A DNA stretch of 63,996 bases, counting the filler, from Malassezia furfur (taxonomy: Eukaryota), in the NCBI GenBank assembly GCA_052055015.1. It is 4 parts of 4 records of this genome, joined end to end, with 100 filler letters (N's around TTAATTAATTAA, not from the genome) between each part and the next. Parts side by side here need not be neighbours in the genome. Positions count along the whole stretch, not along the records: positions 1 to 17,441 come from JBQJIT010000224.1; 3 more parts are not named here. One strand, 5' to 3'. A program made the position numbers and the translations under genes. The notes under the pieces were generated by a model. It was not told the DNA's origin, ran no database searches, and saw only the letters and a program-made list of their open reading frames with translations. This document shows, in pieces, positions 1 to 12,100 of the stretch (the first letter of the stretch is position 1; each line of letters opens with the position of its first letter).

Positions 1-3000
1 CGTCGACGACTTGCCGGACGCCGACGCGGCGCCGCCGGACGGCTCGCGGTCCGTGCGCGCGAGCGCCGTCGGCATCGCCTGCAGCAGCGGGCTCCAGGGC
101 CGCGAGCGCGCATCGGGCGAGCTGGGGCGCCGCGGCGCACTGAACGGCGCCGCAAACATGCTGCGCAGCGACCGCTTGCTGTCCTTGGTGCGCGGCTCGC
201 GGTTCGCATCGTCTTGCGAGCCGCTCGTCCTGCGCGCGGCGCTGCCCAGGCTGCCGACCACCTGGCGCATACGGCTCCCGGGGCGCGACGTGCTGGGATG
301 CGCATCCTGCGTTTCGGGCAGGTGCTCCTTGTACCGGCTGGGGTCCGGCGAGCCTGCCTCGGTGGCCGGCTGCGTCTGCACACGACTCGGCTCGGGTTCG
401 GCTTCCCATAGCCCGATCACAGGGCGCTGCGTCGCGCCCCGCGCCGGCTCGGCGGTCGGCGACACGCTGCGCTGCGCTTGCGACGCAACAGGCGCAGGGG
501 GCGATGCCGAGGTGGCTGCAGGCTTGCTAGGTGCGGCCTGCGTCGGGGGTTGTGCAGGGGCAATCCGGGTAGGGGCGGTCTGGGCAGGAGCGGTCTGGGC
601 AGGAGTGACCTGGGCAGGGGCAGGCTGGGCAGGAGCGGCTTGCACAGGAGCGGCCTGCACAGAGGCGTCCTGGACGGAACCGGTTTCCTGCGCGGTAGGT
701 GCATTCTGCGGCTCAGGCTCGGCCTGCGAAACCGGCGCACCGTACTCGGCACTGGGCCGGCCGTAGTTCGGCGCACCGTACTCAGCGCTGGGCCGGCCGT
801 ACGTAGACGCACCGTACTCGGCGCTGGGCCGGCCGTAGTTCGCTGCACCATACTCGGCACTGGGCCGGCCGTAGTTTGCTGTGCCGTACTCGGCGCTGGG
901 CCGACCGTAGTTCATCCCACCATACTCGACACTGGGCCGACCGGACGACTTCGCACCGTACTCGGCGCTCGGCTGTGCGGGGGCCGCCGACGCAGTCGGC
1001 GCCTTTGCCTCGTCGGCCTGCGCAGACCTCGTGTCGCGGCGCACATCCATGCTGTGCCGCACAAACGGCTGGGCATCGGTGCTCAGCCGCGACACGGGCT
1101 GCGGGTCCATGCTGTGCCGCATCGCGGGCAGCGGCTCCGACGGCACCCACGGCGAGGTCCGTGCCGCCTCGGGCACATCACGCGTAACCGATACGCGCGA
1201 CGTGGGCGCCTGTGTCGACGCATTCGACGGCGCACGCTGCGGCACGGCCGTCGCCTGCGTTGACGCGCTCGACGGCGCGCGCTGCGGAGCTGGCACGACG
1301 CTGGGCGTGGTCGACGCACGCGACGAGGGGCGCAGCGTCGCCGCGGTTAGCGCCGGGGCGAGCGGCGCTTGTGCCGTGGCGAGCGGTGCACTGTCCGCGC
1401 TCGGCGCGTCGCTCAGCGCAGGCGGCGCACTCGTCGGCGGCTGCAGCGCCGACGCGGCCTGCTGCGCCGACGCAGCGGCCGGCGCACGAGCCGACGGCGG
1501 CATGTCCTGCGGCGCACGGTGGACCACGGCGACGGTCGACGAGGGCGCCAGGCCGGCTCGCACCATACGGAACTGGTTGAGCTTGCGCAGCATGGGGAGC
1601 GAGTGGCGGAACGTGCGGCCGCCTTGGTCGAGCGTCGCGCGATACGACTCGGGCACCGTCTCTTGGACGATGAACCATGCGCCTGTGGACGACGGCGTCT
1701 GCGTGCCGCTCGCCACCCCCGTCTCGCTGGCTGCGGAAGCCATAGAGACAGAAAGGTTGGCGAGCGAGTCTTCCGCGTTCACGCCCGGCGTGCGGCAGAT
1801 CTGGAGCACGGCAAAGCTCGCGTTGCGGTGCACGCCCTCGTCGCGGTTGCTCCATCCGTTGCCGATCAGGTAGTCGGCCCACACCTCGGGGAACATTTCG
1901 TCGACGGCGATCGGCGCGCCGGTGACGGAGCGCGTGTCGTGCGGGAAGGCCACCGTCTCGCCGTGCAGCATGTGCGAATTGTTGCGCGGGAGCGTCTGAC
2001 CCTGCATCTCGACGACGTGCGGCGCGCGCTTCGCCTCGTCCTGCAGCTCCTCGTCAAAGCGCAGCACCCAGTCGAGGCGGCCCTCGTCCGCATCGGGGCG
2101 CTGGAAGCCGAGCTCCTCAAACTGGTACCAATGCATGCTCTCGACGCGGTTCACGCGCGGACGGCGCTCCTGCTCACGCAGGTCAAACGAGAGGCGCGTG
2201 TGGTCCAGCTCGTCAAAGCCCTCGTCCGCAAACTCGGTCCACCGCTGCGACGCCAGCGTCGAGAACGCGTCACCCGGTGCGCGCGCGCCACGCCGCGGCG
2301 TGCGCCGCGTCGCGCCAATGTTGAGCAACTTGCGCGAGCGCTCGGCGAGATCGATCGGCGCATCGCTCACACCGCCGTCGAGCGCCGAGACCAGCGCGGC
2401 GCTCGGCCACTGCACCACATCGTGCACGAGATCGCGCGCGTACTCGCGCACGTTGCGCGTGACGGGCGTCGCCGCAATCGTACGCACATACGCACTGCTC
2501 TTGTCCACGTCCGACGACAGCAGGCGGGGATAGTCACGGATGTGCTTCAGTAGGCGCCGCGGCAGCATGTCGGGCGAGCGCGCCATCGACGCGTGGTACC
2601 GCATGAACGCGAGCAAAATGTGCTCGGTCGCGTTGCCCGAACGCACAAACTGCGCGTACGTCTCGTCAAACGGCGCGTCCTCCGGCAGCCCAAACAGCAG
2701 CGGGCCAAAGATGCGCCCAATCTTGGACGGCGTCATGCCATTGTGCCGGCTGTGCGTCGCAACCAGCGCGAAAAAGTCGAGAAGCGTGTCCAGCAGACGC
2801 ACCACCGGCGGCTCCAGCGACTGCGTCAACGAAAGGTACGCAGTCGTGGGGTAAGCCTCGCGCCGCTCGCGCTCGCGCCAGGCGGCATACGCCGTCCACG
2901 GCACAAAGCCGTGCTCCTGGTGCAGAACGAGATCGGCACGCGCGCCCGCACCGCCCTCTTCAACGGAGGAGCGCACGGCCACCACACAACCGACGCGCGC

Positions 3001-3603
3001 CAGCACCCACTTGAGCAGCGCAACCAGGTTGTACACGTTGGCGAAGCGCAGCTCCTCCGCAAACACCTGCGCGGCATTCGCATCGGCTTCCTCCGTCGTG
3101 CTGTACGTCGCCAGCAGCGCACGCACGAGCTTCGTACTGCCCGACGCCGAAAGGTCGACGGCCATCGAGCTCAGCAGCAACGGCGCATCGACACCGCGCG
3201 CACGGATCTGCTCAAGGATGCGCACCACAACGGGGTACGCCTCCTCGACGTCCATCGGGTGCTCCCATGCCACACCCGTGTAGCCGTACAGCGTCACCGG
3301 CTCCACCTGCGGCACCTCGAGTACCTGCACAGAGCGGCCTGTCTCGGAGGCCGGCGCACGGGACGGCGCTTGCGCCCCGGCGCCCGCGCCGGGCGTCGCC
3401 TGCGTCACGTTGGACACGACTGGCGGAGCGCTCACTGGTGCCTCAGAAGCCTGCACTGTACGCGCCTGTCGCGCAAGGGCGTCCTGCGACGCGCCTTTGG
3501 GCAACCGCGGCAGCGGCCGTTCCTGGTCGACTGACACCCGCGCGGGGGGCTCGACCGAAGCACTCTCGGTGCTTTTGTCTTGATGCGCATGAATCCATGC
3601 CAT
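1..3603 (-). CDS. Msb1/Mug8 (DUF1708, RhoGAP-like) domain protein with long low-complexity C-terminal region; 3'-partial, runs off the window
   Basis: ATG at 3603 (MAWIHAHQDK) opens a frame with no stop to position 1, so it is missing from the ORF track. It contains LLKWVLAR, HSRHNGMTPSKIGRIFGPLLFGL and GNATEHILLAFMR, resembling basidiomycete Msb1/Mug8-domain proteins. Confidence 0.6.
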   Translation of the reverse strand, partial: MAWIHAHQDKSTESASVEPPARVSVDQERPLPRLPKGASQDALARQARTVQASEAPVSAPPVVSNVTQATPGAGAGAQAPSRAPASETGRSVQVLEVPQVEPVTLYGYTGVAWEHPMDVEEAYPVVVRILEQIRARGVDAPLLLSSMAVDLSASGSTKLVRALLATYSTTEEADANAAQVFAEELRFANVYNLVALLKWVLARVGCVVAVRSSVEEGGAGARADLVLHQEHGFVPWTAYAAWRERERREAYPTTAYLSLTQSLEPPVVRLLDTLLDFFALVATHSRHNGMTPSKIGRIFGPLLFGLPEDAPFDETYAQFVRSGNATEHILLAFMRYHASMARSPDMLPRRLLKHIRDYPRLLSSDVDKSSAYVRTIAATPVTRNVREYARDLVHDVVQWPSAALVSALDGGVSDAPIDLAERSRKLLNIGATRRTPRRGARAPGDAFSTLASQRWTEFADEGFDELDHTRLSFDLREQERRPRVNRVESMHWYQFEELGFQRPDADEGRLDWVLRFDEELQDEAKRAPHVVEMQGQTLPRNNSHMLHGETVAFPHDTRSVTGAPIAVDEMFPEVWADYLIGNGWSNRDEGVHRNASFAVLQICRTPGVNAEDSLANLSVSMASAASETGVASGTQTPSSTGAWFIVQETVPESYRATLDQGGRTFRHSLPMLRKLNQFRMVRAGLAPSSTVAVVHRAPQDMPPSARAPAAASAQQAASALQPPTSAPPALSDAPSADSAPLATAQAPLAPALTAATLRPSSRASTTPSVVPAPQRAPSSASTQATAVPQRAPSNASTQAPTSRVSVTRDVPEAARTSPWVPSEPLPAMRHSMDPQPVSRLSTDAQPFVRHSMDVRRDTRSAQADEAKAPTASAAPAQPSAEYGAKSSGRPSVEYGGMNYGRPSAEYGTANYGRPSAEYGAANYGRPSAEYGASTYGRPSAEYGAPNYGRPSAEYGAPVSQAEPEPQNAPTAQETGSVQDASVQAAPVQAAPAQPAPAQVTPAQTAPAQTAPTRIAPAQPPTQAAPSKPAATSASPPAPVASQAQRSVSPTAEPARGATQRPVIGLWEAEPEPSRVQTQPATEAGSPDPSRYKEHLPETQDAHPSTSRPGSRMRQVVGSLGSAARRTSGSQDDANREPRTKDSKRSLRSMFAAPFSAPRRPSSPDARSRPWSPLLQAMPTALARTDREPSGGAASASGKSST
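733..972 (-). repeat. 36-bp coding tandem repeat, ~6 units, encoding YGRPSAEYGAxN
   Basis: Repeated ccgtactcggcrctgggccggccgtagtt units, read in the frame of the 3603 ATG. Confidence 0.9.
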
Positions 3604-4187
3604 CGCGGGCGATTCTCTTGTGTATGACAACGGCGCTTCGGCGCCGCTGCGAGGTCGTGACGTTGCCATCGCGCGCCCGACTCGGATGGAATCCTAGGAA
3701 GAGAAGCCGCTCGTGCGCGCCCGCGACACACCACGCTGCAGGGCGCCAATCATGCGCTTCGAAACTCCACATCGGGTTGTGCAGCGTCGATGTCCCGATT
3801 CGGTCAAAGGCGGTGCGTCAACGTGAGCCCAATCGAAAAAAAAAACCTAAGCGGTACACGCGCACGGTGGCCGGTCCTGCGCAGCGGCGCAAGGGGTGCT
3901 TACAGAGCAGACGCTGTCACGTCAATGACGCACCCCGATTTATGGAGTGCGCCACGCGCTGCGTTAAGCGAGGTCCGCCCAGGCACACATCGAGGTCCAT
4001 CGAGATCGCACTGTTGGGCTTGTATGGATCCCAGGGTCCAGCAACCCCGTTTGGACTGGTCCATCCTCGCATCTGCTATAGTAGAAGCACGCTGGATCAG
4101 AGCTACGGCCATGCACAACGTGTCCCAGCGCCTTAGCAGACTCGGTCCCTTATCTTGTATATGTTGTATTCTATGACTCTTTGCATG

Positions 4188-5150
4188 CTAGTAGAGGATG
4201 ATTTTGCATGGCGCGTCTTTTCGTAGCAACGCTTTGCGCAACGTCGCATCGCTCACCAGATGCACAAGTGCATCACGCGTCTCTGGCGTGTCAAAAATGG
4301 TGCGCATCTTGGCATCCGTCCAGGAATGGTCCACCACAAGCGCCTGGAGATGGTCTGTGCGCAAAGCGCCGCGCTCAAACAGCTGCTGGATGCGGTGCGG
4401 TGTGCCGACCGCGAGCGGCGTCGCATTCTCTTGCAGGTGCGTCACCTGCTCATCGACCTTGAAATGACGCGCAAACAGTTTTGCGACACCGCCGGCCGTG
4501 CTTACTTCGGCGCCCTTGCGGCGTTTTGCCGGCCGCGACTCGTCCTCGGGTAGAAGCGTACGAAGAACACGCGCCAGGTCAGCTGCGCGCTGGGCGTTGC
4601 CTGTGACGACCAGGATACGCGGCATGCCGTGCTCTTTCCTCCACGGCGCATCGGCATCTGCAAACGTGTCCGGAGTCGCATGTGCGTCTGCGTGAGATTA
4701 GTGACGTACATTTCTGTAAAAATGTAGCGAGGTGGTCCAGGGTACGCTCCTTGTCAAACGTATAGCTTTCGACAAAGGCCGCGGCTGGATCAGCAAGCGC
4801 AACGTACCTGGCACCTGGTGCTCCTGCATCTCCAGCGAACTTAACTTTGGATACGTCTTTTTCTGCTGTGCCACAAAGAAGTCGGCTTGCCGATCAGACG
4901 GTTGCAGAGCCACTGCCTGTCCTGTGTGCACTTCGTCGCGGTACGCGGCGGCTTTCTGGGTGAGCAACGGTGCACGTACCTTTTTCCGTGCCTCCTTGCG
5001 CTTGCGTTTCTTGGCTTCAGATGCATCGCGGACAGGCTCAGGGCGCACCGTCTCTTTTCTGAACTCTTGCGTGTCCGACCCAGCCTCGTCGCCCGAGAAT
5101 GCAACGAGATCGTCGTCCAGCTGCAGTCCGTCGTCCAGCGAGTCTGCCAT
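4188..5150 (-). CDS. CMS1: Cms1, U3/90S pre-ribosome subunit (helicase-like fold); 3 introns (4956-4979, 4785-4807, 4688-4709)
   Basis: Motifs VAKLFARHFKVDEQ, AVGTPHRI and VVDHSWTDAKMRTIFD. Removing the GTACGT..CAG introns gives one continuous frame. Confidence 0.85.
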
Positions 5151-5219
5151 GGTCACTTGGCGAGGCGAAAAATGGATTAGTCATCAAAACGCGGCGCGCT
5201 TGCACCGCGTCTGTCCACG

Positions 5220-5799
5220 ATGGTGAAACGGAGCGTCACGAGCAAGTTCCCAATCGCGCGCATCAAGCGCATCATGCAGGCCGACGAGGATGTCGGAAAA
5301 GTGGCCCAAGCTACTCCCGTTGTTATTTGTACGTTCTGACGACTAATGTAGCCAAAGCGCTCGAGTTGTTCATGCAGGACATTGTAGCCTGCTCGGTGGA
5401 GCATACGCGCAAGAGCGGCGGAAAGCGCGTTGCACCGTACCATTTGTATGTGAAAGCACTCACAATAGGAAGCGCGCAACGCAGACGAATGAGACCTTCG
5501 ACTTTTTGAAAGATATTGTGGACAAGGTGCCGGACCCCCACGAGTCCGGCGGCCCGCGCGGCGGCAAGCGGCGCAAGGTGGCCAAGGCGGAGCCCGCTGA
5601 ACCCGCCGAGCCCGCCGAGCCCACTGAGTCGGCTGAGCCCGCTGAACCTGCTGAGGCGGCCGAGGCCGAAGCACCGACGCCGGTGCCCACAACGTCGCGG
5701 CCGGAGCAGGCGGCGCCTCTCTCGGCTGTGCTGGGCAAGACCGAGGAAGACGAGCCTGCCTCTACACTCAAGGCTGATCCGGATGCGTCCGATGAGTAG
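5220..5799 (+). CDS. BUR6: NC2 alpha (Bur6/DRAP1) histone-fold transcription cofactor; two 23-nt introns
   Basis: [35 protein letters not shown]...[19 protein letters not shown] after splicing; C-terminal AEP repeats. Confidence 0.9.
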
Positions 5800-6168
5800 A
5801 TATCATGTATACTTTCCGCTCCTTTGTTCGTTTGGGACCCATCTATGGCACTGTGGGGATGCGGCTTCGCAGGGGAGGCTTGGCGTGTCAGCGCGCGTGC
5901 GCGTGGCCTCCATTTCCATCGGCGTGGCACGCCGCGACCGGCCGCATGTCGGCGTGCTTTGCAAATGCTGACTAGCGTCGGATATTCTCGCGCACCCAAA
6001 TTTTTCCTGTGCAGATTTTCCCGCGAGGCTGGATTTTTCTCTCCTGTGCGCCCTCACCATCTATTGAGGACGGTGACTACGGAAACTTCCCCTCAGCGCT
6101 TGGAGCACACATCGCTGCTAGCGTAGAACGTGGTGGAACGGATCTGAGTCAACGGGACTGCATCAAAC

Positions 6169-9100
6169 ATGACTGGTGAAGTTCCGACAGCTGGGGCACG
6201 GGCCGCTCTGGACGGCATCGCGCCCTCACTGCGCTCGGCGCTCGTGGACCAGGTGCCGTCTCGTGCGCCGTCGCCAGCGCTTCCCGCAACATCGAACCCG
6301 ATCGGAGATGATGCGGCAAGTACCATGGTCTTGGAGCTGGCGGACGGCACCGAGTACCAGGGCATCAGCTTCGGTGCCGAGGGCAAGAGCATCTCGGGCG
6401 AGTGCGTGTTCCAGACGGGTATGGTCGGCTACGTCGAGTCGCTCACCGACCCGTCGTACGAGGGTCAGATCCTCGTGCTGACCTACCCGCTCATCGGCAA
6501 CTACGGTGTGCCGAAGCGCCCAACTGGCGAGACCTTCCCGAAGCTTGCGGCGCCATTCGAGTCTTCGCGGATTCATGTCGCAGGTCTCGTGGTGGCCTAC
6601 TACAGCCACGACTTCAGCCACTACCTAGCTGCGTCGGGCCTGAGTGACTGGCTGAAGGAAAACGGCGTTCCGGCGGTGTACGGCATTGACACCCGTGCGC
6701 TCACGAAGCGCATCCGCACCAAGGGTAGCATGCTCGCTCGCCTGCTGGCCCCCAACGGCCGCATGGCGCTGCCGTCCGCCGACTGGCGCTCGCGCTTCCA
6801 GGACGTTGCGTGGCACGACCCCAACAGCGAGAACCTCGTGAAGCGTGTTTCGCGCCCTGCGCCAGAGCTCTACACGCCGCAGGACACGGCGCCTGCAGGC
6901 CTGCGCACGGCCAATGCGCCGACGCTCACGCACGCGAGCGGCCGTGCGATTCGGATCCTGGCTCTGGACATGGGTATGAAGATGAACCAGGTCCGCTGCT
7001 TCACGTCGCGCGGCGTGGAGCTCAAGGTGGTGCCGTTCGACTACGACTTCCTTGCGGAGCCGGAGCCGTTTGACGGTCTCTTTGTGTCCAACGGTCCCGG
7101 TGACCCCACGCAGTGTATGGTGACGGTCGAGCGCCTGCGCATGCTGCTGAACCGCGTCGATGACCCGATCCCGGTGTTTGGTATTTGTCTGGGCCACCAG
7201 CTGCTCGCGCTTGCGGCTGGTGCGCAAACGAGCAAGATGAAATACGGTAACCGTGGCCAGAACATTCCGTGCACGGACCAGCTGAGTGGGCGGTGCTACA
7301 TCACCTCGCAAAACCACGGTTATGCCGTTGACGCAACGTCGCTGCCGGCCGGCTGGAAGGAGCTGTTTGTGAACGCCAACGACGGGAGCAACGAGGGTAT
7401 TTACTGCGAAAACTTCCCCTACTTCTCGGTGCAGTTCCACCCCGAGAGCACCGCGGGTCCGCGCGACACTGAATACCTCTTTGACGTTTTTATCCGCGCA
7501 GTGATCGACAACGCCGCGGTGCGTGCGGCGGGCAAGGTGGCGCCGCACGCCGTGGCGTTCCCCGGTGGTAAGCTGGCGGACCACGAGGCGGCGCACCCCC
7601 GCCTGCACCTGCGCAAGGTGCTGGTGCTGGGCTCGGGTGGTCTGAGCATTGGCCAGGCCGGTGAGTTCGACTACAGTGGCTCGCAGGCGATCAAGGCGCT
7701 CAAGGAGGAGGGCATCTACACGATCCTCATCAACCCCAACATCGCCACGATCCAGACGTCGTCCGGTCTTGCCGACAAGGTGTACTTCCTGCCGGTCACC
7801 CCCGAGTTCGTGCTCAAGGTGCTCCGCCATGAGCGCCCCGACGGCATCTACTGCACGTTTGGTGGCCAGACGGCCCTGAACGTCGGCATCAAGATCAAGG
7901 ACGAGCTTGGCCCGCTTGGCGTGCGCAACCTGGGTACGCCGATCGACACGATCATCAAGACCGAGGACCGTGACCTGTTCGCCAAGGCTATGGAGGAGAT
8001 TGGCGAGCGGTGCGCGCCGAGTGCCTCGGCCAACAACTGGGACGAGGCGCTTGCTGCGTCCAAGACGATTGGTTTCCCGGTGATTGTGCGTGCGGCGTTC
8101 GCGCTCGGTGGTCTTGGTTCGGGCTTTGCCAAGAACGAGGACGAGCTGCGCCGTCTGTGCCATGCCGCGTTCGCCAACAGCCCTCAGGTGCTGGTGGAGA
8201 AGAGCATGAAGGGCTGGAAGGAGGTCGAGTACGAGGTGGTGCGCGACTGCCGCGACAACTGCATTACGGTCTGCAACATGGAAAACTTTGACCCGCTCGG
8301 TGTGCACACGGGCGACTCGATTGTGATTGCCCCGAGTCAGACGCTGAGCGACGAGGACTACAACATGCTGCGCACGACGGCGGTGAACGTCATCCGCCAC
8401 CTCGGTGTGGTCGGCGAGTGCAACATCCAGTACGCGCTCAACCCCCACAGCCGCGAGTACTGCATCATCGAGGTGAACGCGCGTCTCTCGCGTAGTTCCG
8501 CGCTGGCATCCAAGGCGACCGGTTACCCGCTGGCGTTTGTCGCGGCGAAGCTCGGTCTCAACATCCCGCTGAACGAGCTGCGCAACAACGTCACGCGCGA
8601 GACCTCGGCGTGCTTCGAGCCGAGTCTCGACTACGTTGTGACCAAGATCCCCCGCTGGGACCTGCGCAAGTTTGAGCGCGTCAGCTCCAAGCTGGGCTCG
8701 TCGATGAAGAGTGTCGGTGAGGTGATGGCTATCGGCCGCACGTTCGAGGAGAGTATGCAAAAGGCGATCCGCTCCATTGACCCGTCCTACGACGGCTTTG
8801 GCCGCAACGACATGGTCACCAGCGACGCCGAGATCCAGCAGGAGCTCGAGTTCCCGACGGACAAGCGCATCTTTGCGATTGGCAACGCGCTCTACCGCAA
8901 CTACACCGTCGACCAGATCCACGCGCTGAGCAACATCGACCGCTGGTTCCTGCGCAAGCTCGAGGGCATCACGATCGCCGCCAAGGCGCTCGAGGCGTCG
9001 AGCGCGCAGCCGCTCGAGCGCGGTCTGCTGCGCCAAGTCAAGCAGCTCGGCTTTAGCGACCGCCAGATCTCGCGCCACGTCGCCAGTGCCGAGCTCGCGG

Positions 9101-12100
9101 TGCGCCAGCGCCGCAAGGAGCTGGGCATCACGCCGTTTGTCAAGCAGATCGACACGGTCGCTGCCGAGTTCCCCGCGCAGACCAACTACCTGTACATGAC
9201 GTACAACGCGGTGGAGAGCGACGTTGGCTTCCACGACCATGGTGTGATGGTGCTGGGCTCGGGTGTGTACCGCATTGGCTCCTCGGTCGAGTTCGACTGG
9301 TGTGCGGTGCGTGCCATCCGCACGCTCCGCGAGAAGGGCTACAAGACGGTCATGGTCAACTACAACCCCGAGACCGTGTCGACGGACTACGACGAGGCCG
9401 ACCGCCTGTACTTTGAGAACATCTCGCTCGAGACCGTGATGGACATCTACGAAATGGAGCAGAGCTCGGGTGTGATCATCTCGATGGGTGGCCAGACGCC
9501 GAACAACATTGCGCTGCCGCTGCACCGCCAGGGCGTCAAGGTGCTCGGTACGTCGCCCGAGATGATCGACATGGCCGAGAACCGCTACAAGTTCTCGCGC
9601 ATGCTCGACAAGATCGGTGTCGACCAGCCCATGTGGAAGGAGCTGACGAGCCTCGAGGACGCGTACGCGACGTGCGCGCGCTTCGGCTACCCCGTGCTGG
9701 TCCGTCCGTCGTACGTGCTGAGTGGTGCGGCGATGAACGTGGTCTACTCGCCCGAGGACCTGAGCAGCTACCTGTCGCAGGCCGCAGCGATCAACCGCGA
9801 GCACCCTGTGGTGATCACCAAGTACCTCGAGGGTGCCAAGGAGATCGAGATGGATGCCGTCGCCAAGGACGGCAAGCTCATCATGCACTACGTCTCGGAG
9901 CACGTCGAGAACGCCGGTGTGCACTCGGGTGATGCCACGCTGATCCTCCCGCCGCAGGACCTCGAGCCGGAGACGGTGCGCCGCATCGAGCTTGCCACGA
10001 GCAAGATCGGCGCGTCGCTCAACGTCACGGGCCCCTTCAACATCCAGTTCATCGCCAAGAACAACGAGATCAAGGTGATTGAGTGCAACGTGCGTGCCGC
10101 GCGCTCTTTCCCCTTCGTGAGCAAGGTGACGGGCGTGGATGCGATCGAGCTCGCGACGTGTGCGATGATGGACCTGCCCGTGGAGCCGTACCCGGCCGTG
10201 GAGCTGCCGCACCAGTACGTCGGTGTCAAGGTGCCGCAGTTCTCCTTCTCGCGCCTGGCGGGTGCCGACCCGATTCTTGGCGTGGAGATGGCGTCGACCG
10301 GTGAGGTGGCGTGCTTTGGCCGCAACAAGTACGAGGCCTACCTGCGTGCGATGCTTGCGTCGGGCATCAAGCTGCCGACCAACAACGTGCTGCTGTCGGT
10401 GGGCAGCTTCAGCGAGAAGCAGGAGCTGCTCCCGAGCGTGCGTACGCTGCACCAGCTCGGCTTCACGCTGTACGGCTCGTCGGGCACGGCCGACTTCTAC
10501 ACGGAGAACGGCATCCCGGTGATCCAGCTCGAGGCGCTGCCCGAGGACGACGACTTCAACAGCGACGAGAACAGCGGCAAGGCGTCCTACTCGCTGCTGA
10601 CGCACCTGACGCAGGGCGTGAGCAGCCTGTTCATTTCGCTGCCGAGCAAGAACAAGTACCGTCGTCCGTCGTCGTTCATGTCGATGGGCTACCGCGCGCG
10701 CCGCCTGGCCATCGACCGCTCCATCCCGTTGATCACCAACGTGAAGAACGCCAAGCTGTTTGTCGAGGCGCTCGCGGTGCACCGCAAGCTCGGCAGCCGC
10801 TTTGACATCTTCCCGATCGACGCCAAGACGAGCCACCTGACCTACTCCTTCCCCGGGCTGGTCGGCGTGCAGGCGTTTGTGCCGTCGCTTGGCGGCGAGG
10901 TGCGCGTCGATGACATGGCGGCGTACACGCGTGCCGCCGCGCTCGGCGGCTTCACCAACCTGGTGCTTGCGCCGACCGGCGCCCAGGGTACGGTGCACAA
11001 CGAGGCGACGCTCGCCGCCGCCGAGGCGGCGCTCGAGGGGCAGTGTGCGACGGACGTGTCGCTGACGCTGCTGGCGGACCCCGCATACGTGGAGTCGTAC
11101 GCGGAGCTGGCGCCGCGCGTGCGTGCGCTGTTCATCTCGTTCCGTGCGGCGCAGCACGCGCAGAACAAGCAGCCCGCGACGCTCGCCGCCTACTTCGAGC
11201 ACTGGCCTGAGGACAAGCTGATTGTGACGGACGCGGGTGCCGCCGACCTTGCGTCGGTGCTGCTGTACGCCAGCCTGCACAACCGCACGGTGCACATCAC
11301 CAACGTCGCGACCAGCGCCGAGCTGCAGCTCATTGCGCTGAGCAAGCAAAAGGGCCTGCGCGTGACGTGCGATGTGAACGTCTATGCGCTCTTCTTCCAC
11401 ACGGACATGTACCCCACTGCGACGTGTCTTCCGTCGAAGGAGGAGCAGGAGGCGCTCTGGGCGCACCTCGACAAGATCGACGCCTTCTCGCTCGGCGACG
11501 CGCCCTTCCTGCTCGCCGAGGAGGTCGGCCACGCGCCGCCGCCGTTTGCGGGTCTCGAGGAGGCGATGCGCCTGCTGCTCAACGCGGCGAACGAACAGCG
11601 CCTCACGCTCGAAGCCGTGCTCGACAAGATGAGCACCAAGCCGCGCGAGATCTTTGGTCTGCCCGAGCAGGCCGACACCTCGGTGTCGGTCGAGGTGGAC
11701 CGCGCCGCACCGATCACCAAGGCGAGTGCGTACTGGTCCCCGCTCGAGACGACCGCGCTGTGCGGTGGCGTGCACCGTGTGCTGTTCCGCGGCACGACGA
11801 TCGTGCTCGACGGCGAGTACCTGCACACGGACGCGCTGCTCGGCGCCAACATCAGCGCGCTCAGAGCCGGCAAGCCGCTGGACCCGCGTGCGGATGCGCC
11901 GCCCTCGCCGACGCTCGCGCTGCGCTCGCCCGGCGCCAAGCGTGCGTTTGGGCGCACCGACTCCTTCCGCCCGATCACTTCGATCGGCGGCGTGGCGGCG
12001 GCGAGCACGGGGCTGTCGCGCGACACGGAGCTGCGCGAGCTGCCCCCGTCGATGCTCAGCGAGGTGCAGCCCAAGACGGCGCTGCAGCTGTACCACCCGA

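Noticed and set aside
733..972. 36-bp repeats as a CRISPR array
   Set aside because: Head-to-tail degenerate coding repeats with no spacers, in eukaryotic DNA.
3604..4187. Telomerase RNA or other ncRNA in the long spacer (AATCCTA at ~3690, some hairpins)
   Set aside because: The match to the telomere repeat is only 7 nt and no other diagnostic elements are visible.
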